Below, one piece after another: positions 56,703 through 64,000 of a DNA stretch of 64,000 nt. The stretch covers positions 4,233 through 68,232 of the forward strand of contig CAYGJA010000003.1 in the NCBI GenBank assembly GCA_964350165.1, written 5' to 3'. How positions within the stretch are numbered: position 1 is the first letter of the stretch; every line of letters begins with the position of its first letter. Both the position numbers and the translations under genes were made by a program. The stretch comes from an uncultured Candidatus Saccharibacteria bacterium (GTDB lineage: Bacteria; Patescibacteriota; Minisyncoccia; Phycocordibacterales; UBA1006). The notes beneath the pieces were generated by a model that saw only the letters and a list, made by a program, of their open reading frames with translations, searched no databases and had not been told where the DNA came from.

Positions 56703-58532
56703 TTAAGCTTTAGCTTTTAAGTCCTGATCAACAAGAGCCGCCATTTTTTTTCCTTCTTCAACCGCGTAATTAGTTCCCCTATCATCGGGAAATATTTGAG
56801 AGAAATTAGCAAGATATACGCCCGGGATAACACTTCGATAAGGTGGAATCTTTTTTTCATAATCAACATCAACGATATGCTGAGCGTTTCTTAATCTAAA
56901 TATTTTTTGAGCAGTAATATCATTCTTGGTGAAATCGGGAAAGAGTGCTTGAGCACCCTCTACCCACAAATCAGTAAGCTCCTCATCCGTCATAGAGAAA
57001 TACTTATGATCATGAGGAACATACGCACCAATATAATAAACATGTTTACCGTCTAAGTTTTCTGGACCAATCAACGCTGACAAACTAAGTAAAACAAGGA
57101 AAGGATGGTTGATGTCATTTATATTGTGCCAATAGTATTTTGTTAGAGGTCGGTCTGTCATAAAAACCATGGTAACGGCGCCTATGTAGTCAATACTGTT
57201 GTATTTTGCTTTCTGCAAACCACTGATTCTGGAATCACCTTCGAGTAATTTTGAAAAAATATGAGTAGGCACCGTGGCGACACAAGCATCATAAACAGAT
57301 TCCCCTGATCCCACTTCTTGCAAATAAATCTTTCCATTGTGTTCTTTTATTCCTTCTAGAGTCACCTCTGTGCGGATCTGAACGCCCATTGCCCTGCACT
57401 GATCAGCCAGAGCGTCAGTAAAGTTGTGCCAACCGCCAAGAAAATAACCGAGTTTTTCCGTTACGTCTCCCTTGTCTTTAGAGTTTGCCCGGACATGAAC
57501 GCGAGACCAGACATAGGACATTGCGATTTTGTCAAAATAATTGAAAAATTTACCCTTCAGGATTGGTTCCCAGATAACACGAGTCACTTTTTCGCCACCC
57601 CATCTCATCATCCATTTGTAGGCAGAAATTTTTGCAAATCCTCTCCATTTTTTTACCTTACCCAAATACAATGCAATTACACCAGCGCGAATGCGGTCAA
57701 AAAGAGAAAGGGGCTTGAATCGAAGCAGATCCATTGGAGTCATGAAAGGATACAAAACACCATCGTAATACAAAGACAGTGAGCTTTGAAAGAATTTTAG
57801 GCGATCAGCAACCCCTAGTTCTTTTGCTAAATCAATAATATGGTGGTCTGTTTTGTAAATAAAGTGATACGCCTTCTCCAGAGCAACGCCCTCAAGCTCA
57901 AAATCAGCAACTAAGCCGCCCACATCAGACGATCGTTCAATGATATCTACTCTGTAGCCTTTTTTTGCTAACTGATAAGCAGTAACCAGACCAGTGAAGC
58001 CGGCACCAACCACGGCAATTTTTTGCGCTGATTCGCCTGACGCCAAACCATCAGAGAAAGAATCTATTGGTGGGGCCGTCTTGATTGGCACAGCTGATTC
58101 GGAGGGCTTTTTTTTGTTAAATTTTTTAAATGTAATGTTTGCGTTCAGCAGATATTGAATAAGAACGATTGGTGGCAAAGATATGATTTTAGCAATGTTT
58201 CCATTCATATCATGACCAGAGGTAAGCTGGTGAATAATTAAAGCACTCAATGCCAACCCCAAGAAGCTAACCCCCAAAAAAAGCCCCATCCTAGCCGCAA
58301 GCATGTCTTTTACACGAAAATTATGGAAAGCATTAAGAATAAAACTATAGATAGTCGCCATACCTACAGACACCACCGTGGCTAGTGTGGGATCAAAATT
58401 CAAATGGGTATACAAAACATAAAAAGCAACCACATCAAGCAGGGCGGCACTCCCACCAATAACACCGTACATGAGTACCTGTCGATATTTTTTAATCATT
58501 TTTTTGGCAAATATAAACAACATATAAAACAA
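56703..58532 (-). CDS. GtrA-like membrane domain fused to FAD/NAD(P)-binding oxidoreductase (amine-oxidase/protoporphyrinogen-oxidase-like fold)
   Basis: N-terminal ...YRQVLMYGVIGGSAALLDVVAFYVLYTHLNFDPTLATVVSVGMATIYSFILNAFHNF (GtrA family); then ...KIAVVGAGFTGLVTAYQLAKKGYRVDIIERSSDVGGL (dinucleotide-binding GxGxxG...E...GG). Confidence 0.55.
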   Translation of the reverse strand: MFYMLFIFAKKMIKKYRQVLMYGVIGGSAALLDVVAFYVLYTHLNFDPTLATVVSVGMATIYSFILNAFHNFRVKDMLAARMGLFLGVSFLGLALSALIIHQLTSGHDMNGNIAKIISLPPIVLIQYLLNANITFKKFNKKKPSESAVPIKTAPPIDSFSDGLASGESAQKIAVVGAGFTGLVTAYQLAKKGYRVDIIERSSDVGGLVADFELEGVALEKAYHFIYKTDHHIIDLAKELGVADRLKFFQSSLSLYYDGVLYPFMTPMDLLRFKPLSLFDRIRAGVIALYLGKVKKWRGFAKISAYKWMMRWGGEKVTRVIWEPILKGKFFNYFDKIAMSYVWSRVHVRANSKDKGDVTEKLGYFLGGWHNFTDALADQCRAMGVQIRTEVTLEGIKEHNGKIYLQEVGSGESVYDACVATVPTHIFSKLLEGDSRISGLQKAKYNSIDYIGAVTMVFMTDRPLTKYYWHNINDINHPFLVLLSLSALIGPENLDGKHVYYIGAYVPHDHKYFSMTDEELTDLWVEGAQALFPDFTKNDITAQKIFRLRNAQHIVDVDYEKKIPPYRSVIPGVYLANFSQIFPDDRGTNYAVEEGKKMAALVDQDLKAKA

Positions 58533-58619
58533 ACAACCGCTCCTTTCGCGGACACAAAAAGCTAATCTAACGAGAGAGGTCTTATGTCGGCTGGATTATG
58601 TAAGAAAAAAGAACCAAAG

Positions 58620-59375
58620 TCAACGTTTCTTGTTTTTCTTGCCAAAAAATTCTTTCGCTTCTTCTAGATGCTCGTGCGTACCGATATCAAACCATGCGCC
58701 TTTGATAGGATAAGCATAGATACTTGCGCCGGCATTAACTAAATAACTAATAGACTCCCCCGCATTCATTTCCTTCTCTGATTCCCAGGCTACATAGGCA
58801 TTATGTAAATGAGGAAGATGATCGGAATGAATGAGGTACGTCATAATCCCCACCAAATCAGAAGGAGGGACCTCTGGCTTCTCAACAAAATGAGTCACTT
58901 TCCCGAACTCATCTACACCAGCGACTCCACATCGACGACAAATCTCAATCGGGCTTTTTTTAGTTGCGATAACTGATTGCTGTTTTTCCTGGAATAAGGC
59001 CAACATGTCAGCAAAAGAATCTTCAAAAATACCATCTCCGGCAGAAATAAGCACATGATCCTCATCTCCCGCCTCACGAAGCCCCAAAATGAAATCACCC
59101 ACGGCGCCCAAGCGATTTTCGTTGCTTGTCGTCTTGTCATTAAGAACTACAATTTCAAAAGTGTATTTTTGATTCTCGGCCCATTGAACAAAATCGAGAT
59201 AAAATCGATCATTAGACACAAGGACCACCTTGTCAAAAACACCTAGGACTTCGAGTTTGTCCAAAAAATGAGCAAGGATTTCTTTGTCTCCCACCTCAAG
59301 CAAAGCCTTAGCTTTGTTCTCTGTCAAAGGATGTAGTCTCGTAGCGTATCCTGCAACTGGAATTATGGCTTTCAT
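58620..59375 (-). CDS. Sugar-1-phosphate nucleotidyltransferase (glucose-1-phosphate thymidylyl/uridylyl-transferase-like)
   Basis: MKAIIPVAGYATRLHPLTENKAKALLEVGDKEIL... canonical NTP_transferase N-terminus. Confidence 0.7.
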   Translation of the reverse strand: MKAIIPVAGYATRLHPLTENKAKALLEVGDKEILAHFLDKLEVLGVFDKVVLVSNDRFYLDFVQWAENQKYTFEIVVLNDKTTSNENRLGAVGDFILGLREAGDEDHVLISAGDGIFEDSFADMLALFQEKQQSVIATKKSPIEICRRCGVAGVDEFGKVTHFVEKPEVPPSDLVGIMTYLIHSDHLPHLHNAYVAWESEKEMNAGESISYLVNAGASIYAYPIKGAWFDIGTHEHLEEAKEFFGKKNKKR

Positions 59376-60106
59376 AATTCATTTTGATTAGTGAATATTC
59401 CTTTCATTTTTTCCAGAGTGTCTTCTGGATCTAGAACGGATACGGTATCAATAACGCCCACAACCGCCTCATCATTTCCTCCAGGAAACAACGCGTCTCC
59501 AAAATAAATACATTCTCTGCGATCCCAGCCCTTATGATTAATATAATCAGAAATATTACTACCCTTATTGCGACCCTTTATGGTGTAATCAAAACCAGTT
59601 GTGCCAGCAATTCTAATCTCAACCAAATCACTTTCAAAAGGAACGACTTTCAGTGCTTGTATTCTTTTTGAAAAATCAGGATCAAAAGAAAGCTTTAATT
59701 CCTGATGGTTATTAGAACCAATAACACTGTAGTTAACCTGACAGCCACGATTGTCGTAGTAAATCAAATCCGAGACTTCTTGATGCCCAAAGTAAGTACG
59801 CAAACGATTCACATGCTCGATAATGTCTCGTTCTGCCTCGCTAGAAAGTTCATGTTGCCACAAAGAACACTCATTTCCACATTGCGCCATTAACTCACAA
59901 TCCAAATCTTGCAACTGATATTTCATCTGCTCACGTTTTGCACCAGAAATAACCACCAATTTTCTGTCTTTCAGAAAGTCCACCATGGGTTTCAGTACTC
60001 TGGTTTTTGATTCAGCTAGTGTGCCATCCATGTCTGCAAATATGTATTTCTTAGAAAATGACCCGGTTTCACTGACCATATGCCCGAGATTATACACACG
60101 GGACAA
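59372..60106 (-). CDS. HAD-IIB hydrolase, eukaryotic-type phosphomannomutase (PMM)-like
   Basis: ...KKYIFADMDGTLAESK... (DxDGT motif I), ...VVISGAKREQM..., ...GDALFPGGNDE... (motif IV). Confidence 0.55.
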   Translation of the reverse strand: MSRVYNLGHMVSETGSFSKKYIFADMDGTLAESKTRVLKPMVDFLKDRKLVVISGAKREQMKYQLQDLDCELMAQCGNECSLWQHELSSEAERDIIEHVNRLRTYFGHQEVSDLIYYDNRGCQVNYSVIGSNNHQELKLSFDPDFSKRIQALKVVPFESDLVEIRIAGTTGFDYTIKGRNKGSNISDYINHKGWDRRECIYFGDALFPGGNDEAVVGVIDTVSVLDPEDTLEKMKGIFTNQNEL

Positions 60107-60120
60107 TCCGAGGCAAGGTC

Positions 60121-61437
60121 TTATCTATTTCTTTCTTTGTAAAAAAGCAACAAAAAAAAGACAGCTCCTAGGGGTAACAACAGCCGCCAAAAAACACACC
60201 ACAACCCCAACAGGGCGATTGTAGCCAGAGCAACCAAAGACAAAATTACAAAGCTTTTTAGAAACACACTTTTTTTCCTTGTCTCTGCGACAGGACTCTG
60301 ACGATACCAAATCAAATGATTAACAAGAGATAGGAACAACGTCAGAACAAATACAAACCAAACCGTGGGCCAACAAGATGGCTTTTTGCTTTTTACTAAT
60401 GACAAAACTTCTGAATTTTGCTGAGAATTGGCACCCACACCTTGTTCCCCACTCGTGCTGGTTCCAGCAACTTCTCCAGGCGGAAGACTTTCGCTAAAAA
60501 ACAAATCCTGCACGGCTTTTTTTATAAAACCTGTACCGCTTGGTGTTTGACCGCGAAAATCACTTGCCCCCAACACCAATCCATCAGAAATCTGACCGGT
60601 CTCGTTTAAAACAAAAACATATTCTGGACTTGTGGTGAGCTGGCCATTAGACGAGGCCACTCGGTAACGATACTCCCCAGGAGAAAGATTAGCCAAAATC
60701 AATTCATGCGCAGTAACCAAAGCATCCTGATTGAGACCAAGAGGATACCCCAAAAGAGGTTGTCCGATATCTAGGACAAACGGACCATCTTCCACAGGGC
60801 CATACACAATTCCGGAATTCGAAGGAAGATTCGTTGTCCAGCCAATAGTGACATCAAAACCAGTCGAAGTAGCGGTAATATTCCGGACTCCTTCTCCAGA
60901 AATTTGAAGCGTCTGCGCCAAAAAACCACTAGCACCACCACTACCCACCGAGCCAGTTGGCGTAGTAATAATTGTTTCCCCTTCGGAGTTCTCTGTCACA
61001 AAACCAATCCACAAATCAAACTGCACTCTTCCACCCTGAGCATCATTGGCCAAATCAGTTTTCATTTCTGCGGCAAAATCATACCTCGTGGTGTCTCCCG
61101 CCCCCAAAACAAGCAAGGGGGCAAAATCTATTCGTTGCAAATCATCGAGACTTCCCGACCAAACAAGACTTGAATTTTGATAGACCAAAATATTAAGACC
61201 AACCAGCATATCCTTCGAATCAGAAATAACGTTCTGCACCCCTAGAACAACCTGTTGCGGTTCGTTTGTGTAATTGGCAACCTCGGCAAACCTATCTTCG
61301 ACTTTGTTCCCTGGACGATAATTTGTCTCATTAAAAAGTGGATCGGGAGAAAAAAGCACCCCAATATTGGCCGCTCCAACAACGCTTGGCAACAGAAGCA
61401 AAAGCAAAACTATTCCAATATTCCTAAATTTCCTCAT
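60121..61437 (-). CDS. Hypothetical secreted protein with C-terminal TM helices
   Basis: Signal peptide MRKFRNIGIVLLLLLLPSVVGAAN (Met at 61437; the track ORF extends upstream across the neighbour's stop); C-terminal hydrophobic segments; no motif recognised. Confidence 0.4.
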   Translation of the reverse strand: MRKFRNIGIVLLLLLLPSVVGAANIGVLFSPDPLFNETNYRPGNKVEDRFAEVANYTNEPQQVVLGVQNVISDSKDMLVGLNILVYQNSSLVWSGSLDDLQRIDFAPLLVLGAGDTTRYDFAAEMKTDLANDAQGGRVQFDLWIGFVTENSEGETIITTPTGSVGSGGASGFLAQTLQISGEGVRNITATSTGFDVTIGWTTNLPSNSGIVYGPVEDGPFVLDIGQPLLGYPLGLNQDALVTAHELILANLSPGEYRYRVASSNGQLTTSPEYVFVLNETGQISDGLVLGASDFRGQTPSGTGFIKKAVQDLFFSESLPPGEVAGTSTSGEQGVGANSQQNSEVLSLVKSKKPSCWPTVWFVFVLTLFLSLVNHLIWYRQSPVAETRKKSVFLKSFVILSLVALATIALLGLWCVFWRLLLPLGAVFFLLLFYKERNR

Positions 61438-62605
61438 TAGTTTGTTCTGGTTCTGGCAATTGATTTGGTTGTCCTGGGGTTCTGGCCGTAGGCACCCATT
61501 GCGACGACCCATCAGGGAATCTACCTTCGCTGGTTTCGTCAGTGGCTTCGGCATAAGTCCATTGGTCAACGACCGTCAATCCATCAGGAAGATACAAAGT
61601 CACCGTATCGCCGTTATTATTATTCAAGCGGTCCCCGACCACAAAGACTAGAACCACAAATTCGCCTGGTCCAACTTCGGTCCCCTGATTCAGAGTATAC
61701 AGTTCGGCGTTATCTTCAGAAAAATCTCTAATAGTGTAATAAGCGGTGGAAGACCCTCTGATTTCAGATAATTGCCAACCGTCAATATCGACAATCTCGG
61801 AGCCCGTATTATAGACCTCTACCCACTCTTTTCCTTGCAGGGGTACGATGTTGCCAATAATCGCGTCGGCAGCTATTTCGTTCAAAATAATATCAGCATA
61901 CGAAGATTGACTGGCCTCGGTATCATCTCCCTCGTCATTTTGATCTTGATCTTCTTGGTCTTGGTCTTGGTCTTGGTCTTGGTCTTGGTCTTCATTTTGA
62001 TTATCGTCCTCTTCTTGTTCTTCTGGGTCAACATCCTCTTCTTCATCACCAAAGCCATTCGTTGCCAAAGAAAACGGAGCAATCTCTTTATCAAAAAAAC
62101 CAGCTCCATAGCCCTCAGCCACAGCAAAGGCTTTGACTACAATTTTGGCATCACAGACACCTGAATTTAACGAGATATTATCACCAACAAGGTATTCAAA
62201 ATCCCAAATCGCTTCGCCACCATCGACATAAGAAACGGCAGAAAAAGTGTTCATGTCAGAACTGACAACCTCATTGCCGTTCTGATAAGCAGTTATCAAT
62301 ATCTGGCCGCACAAATCACTGGCCTCTATTGGGACTATTTCTATCTGGTAAGCAAAAGTAGCCCGACCAACCACCAAACTAGTGTCGATAATTAATTGAT
62401 GACTGGTATTAAATCCTGGTTGTATATTCGAGGCAATCCCAGCGTCTGACCAAGCAGACAAAGCGACGTTTATGTCTATTGCCCCAGCTGTCCAAAGATT
62501 AATTTGACCTTGTTCGTTATCTTGGAATGAGGCCAGAGCAGTGCCCGAAAATGCCAGAAAGCCAGCCACCAGAATCATTATTCGTATCAAAAATGCCTTC
62601 ATCAT
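61424..62605 (-). CDS. Secreted protein with acidic (DQ)n/E-rich linker and C-terminal lamin-tail domain (LTD)
   Basis: Signal peptide MMKAFLIRIMILVAGFLAFSGTALA; linker EEEDVDPEEQEEDDNQNEDQDQDQDQDQDQEDQDQNDEGDD; C-terminal ...GKEWVEVYNTGSEIVDIDGWQLSEIRGSSTAYYTI...GPGEFVVLV...NNNGDTVTLYLPDGLTVVDQWTY matches LTD (EwIELyN.g...vdLsGW.L.d...). Confidence 0.6.
   Translation of the reverse strand: MMKAFLIRIMILVAGFLAFSGTALASFQDNEQGQINLWTAGAIDINVALSAWSDAGIASNIQPGFNTSHQLIIDTSLVVGRATFAYQIEIVPIEASDLCGQILITAYQNGNEVVSSDMNTFSAVSYVDGGEAIWDFEYLVGDNISLNSGVCDAKIVVKAFAVAEGYGAGFFDKEIAPFSLATNGFGDEEEDVDPEEQEEDDNQNEDQDQDQDQDQDQEDQDQNDEGDDTEASQSSYADIILNEIAADAIIGNIVPLQGKEWVEVYNTGSEIVDIDGWQLSEIRGSSTAYYTIRDFSEDNAELYTLNQGTEVGPGEFVVLVFVVGDRLNNNNGDTVTLYLPDGLTVVDQWTYAEATDETSEGRFPDGSSQWVPTARTPGQPNQLPEPEQTNEEI
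61954..61992. repeat. Hexanucleotide microsatellite (CTTGGT)x6 on the plus strand, encoding the (DQ)n tract of the LTD protein
   Basis: cttggtcttggtcttggtcttggtcttggtcttggtctt; in-frame tandem repeat. Confidence 0.9.
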
Positions 62606-63108
62606 GTCTTTTTTTGTTTTTTAACAGCATTGCGTATTTTTCTGAATTCTTCGGCAACCACCAACACAAAAGGAATCCCCACCAATACCACAAAACCCCA
62701 GCGAGTTTTGGCCATGGATAACAAATATCCTACACCAGGAGCAACAGCTACGACCTTACCAAGCACATCTGTTCTTAAAATAGGCTGTTCGTCTGGGCTT
62801 TTATTTGCATCACCCTGAGTAACATAGGCGATTTGTCCAGCCACAATTTGATCACCAACAATACGGTGAGTAGTAGGCAGGGCTTCTTTTCCCCGTTCAT
62901 AAAAAGTAATAATGTCACCGATTTGATACTGTTCGGCGGCGTGAACAATCACCGCACTTCCGGTCTGAATCGCTGGCTCCATGGAACCCGAAGTCACCAC
63001 CATCGTCTGGTAGCCCAAAACAGGAAAAAGATTGGCCAACACCATCAGTAACAGGCCCGCAAAAACAAGCCCAAACACTCCGTAAAAAATTTTAAATAAA
63101 ATCTTCAT
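62602..63108 (-). CDS. Signal peptidase I, SipW/archaeal-type (S26)
   Basis: ...MVVTSGSMEPAIQTGSAVIV... (catalytic Ser box), ...YVTQGDANKSPD...; 168 aa with N-terminal anchor. Confidence 0.75.
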   Translation of the reverse strand: MKILFKIFYGVFGLVFAGLLLMVLANLFPVLGYQTMVVTSGSMEPAIQTGSAVIVHAAEQYQIGDIITFYERGKEALPTTHRIVGDQIVAGQIAYVTQGDANKSPDEQPILRTDVLGKVVAVAPGVGYLLSMAKTRWGFVVLVGIPFVLVVAEEFRKIRNAVKKQKKT

Positions 63109-63186
63109 AATTTTTCACTCGAACAAATCCGAGCAAGCCCCACCGGGCGACAATGTCACGCCGGTGTTCGCTTGCCAAGATTCTAG

Positions 63187-64000
63187 CTATACACTACAAC
63201 CCATCAAGAACTCAACCTTGCTCAACTCTTGACTGCTACCAAAGGTACCATCCAATTCAAGCTCGGCCGTCATGGTAAAGTCTGACGTGAAGTCAAAACC
63301 GGTAATGGTCCAGTTCTGCCAGTCATCAACGCTGTCTCCACCGGTTCCTCCACTAAAGCTTCCCAGGGCAAATCCACCAAGGTTAACATTATTGAGGTTA
63401 ACGGTTGTACCGGCATCTCGGTTCACAACTGCCAATTGAGCAGTATCCCAAGTGGTACATGCTGCTCCAGCCAAAGACTTGCTTATGGTTGGATTAGTAC
63501 CAACAGTTGTAAAGAGGGTATCAGTATCGGCATCATATTCAACCGTCACATTATGAGTACCCGGCTTGGTCCAACTGAGATTTTGTGCCACTCTTCCAGC
63601 CGCAGACCCCAAATCATGCAACCCAGCATAGACCTCTTCACCACCTGTGTTATTGAAGGATCGGAATCGTGCTCCAGCGGCAGAGGTCATATCAGCTACA
63701 CCCAACACTACCTGTGGTGGGGTTACGGGATTAAGCGATCCACAAGAAAAACTAGGATTGTTTGCAAACTGCATTCCAATAAATTTCATGGTCATTTCTA
63801 CTCCATCGGTCTGGGCTTGGTTGGTGTCTGGAGCTGAGCCATCACAACCAGCCGCTGGGTCTAGAGGATCTACAAAAGTTCCAAAACAATACTGGAATCC
63901 AACCTCGCCTCGGACATTGTCGTCCAAGTTCAGACCATTGGTGCTATCCATCAAAGTCATCCAACTGCCATCAAAATCGGTGACATTGGCAATCTGAAGT
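63187..64000 (-). CDS. Secreted Thr/Gly/Asn-rich protein, C-terminal part (gene continues beyond the window end); possibly a SipW-cognate substrate
   Basis: The open frame continues to the window edge; composition is typical of surface proteins; adjacent to the SipW-type peptidase. Function not recognised. Confidence 0.35.
   Translation of the reverse strand, partial: LQIANVTDFDGSWMTLMDSTNGLNLDDNVRGEVGFQYCFGTFVDPLDPAAGCDGSAPDTNQAQTDGVEMTMKFIGMQFANNPSFSCGSLNPVTPPQVVLGVADMTSAAGARFRSFNNTGGEEVYAGLHDLGSAAGRVAQNLSWTKPGTHNVTVEYDADTDTLFTTVGTNPTISKSLAGAACTTWDTAQLAVVNRDAGTTVNLNNVNLGGFALGSFSGGTGGDSVDDWQNWTITGFDFTSDFTMTAELELDGTFGSSQELSKVEFLMGCSV

Noticed and set aside
61954-61992. Possible CRISPR-like periodic repeat
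   Set aside because: The unit is only 6 nt with no spacers. It is an in-frame coding microsatellite, not a CRISPR array. No CRISPR repeats or cas genes were seen anywhere in the window.

Overview
This 64 kb window reads like a contig from a small-genome, CPR/Patescibacteria-like bacterium. That placement is an inference from a short 497-aa IF-2, a stand-alone 16S rRNA gene followed by pth rather than 23S, no Shine-Dalgarno-like sequences before genes, and many small secreted or membrane-anchored proteins.

Supported content, in order:
- Housekeeping genes: a cysteine desulfurase, infB-rbfA, gyrA, rpsA, pth, groES-groEL, secG, RNase J and a pseudouridine synthase.
- One 16S rRNA gene on the minus strand.
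- Four tRNA genes (Cys-GCA, Leu-TAA, Lys-CTT, Leu-TAG) in a 2.4 kb island.
- Several convincing hairpin terminators.
- Many transporters and surface proteins.

The most unusual signals are these:
1. Two homologous 170-190 nt GC-rich inserts, each immediately 3' of a tRNA gene and each followed by a 20-21 nt direct repeat of that tRNA's 3' end. These look like miniature tRNA-targeting integrative elements or a structured RNA family.
2. A 16S rRNA whose helix 45 is structurally intact but whose 3' tail aligns as ...AACAACUCAAAC instead of ...AUCACCUCCUUA, so the anti-SD is degenerate.
3. Five adjacent minus-strand genes (10333-14574) that all end in the same two-helix VirB2/TrbC-pilin-like membrane module. 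Two of them carry large repeated ectodomains.
4. Three adjacent secreted proteins (25231-31861). The outer two share a ~650 bp near-identical 5'UTR plus N-terminal domain duplication. Two of the three carry Kdo/WaaP-like protein-kinase-like C-terminal domains.
5. A glycan locus (48518-60106) with GH6, two sugar-1-P nucleotidyltransferases, a PMM-type HAD phosphatase, a GT39(PMT)-GH8 fusion, a dual-GT2 protein interrupted by a frameshift at an A5 run, and a GtrA-FAD oxidoreductase fusion.

No transposase, integrase, CRISPR array or obvious defence island was seen.
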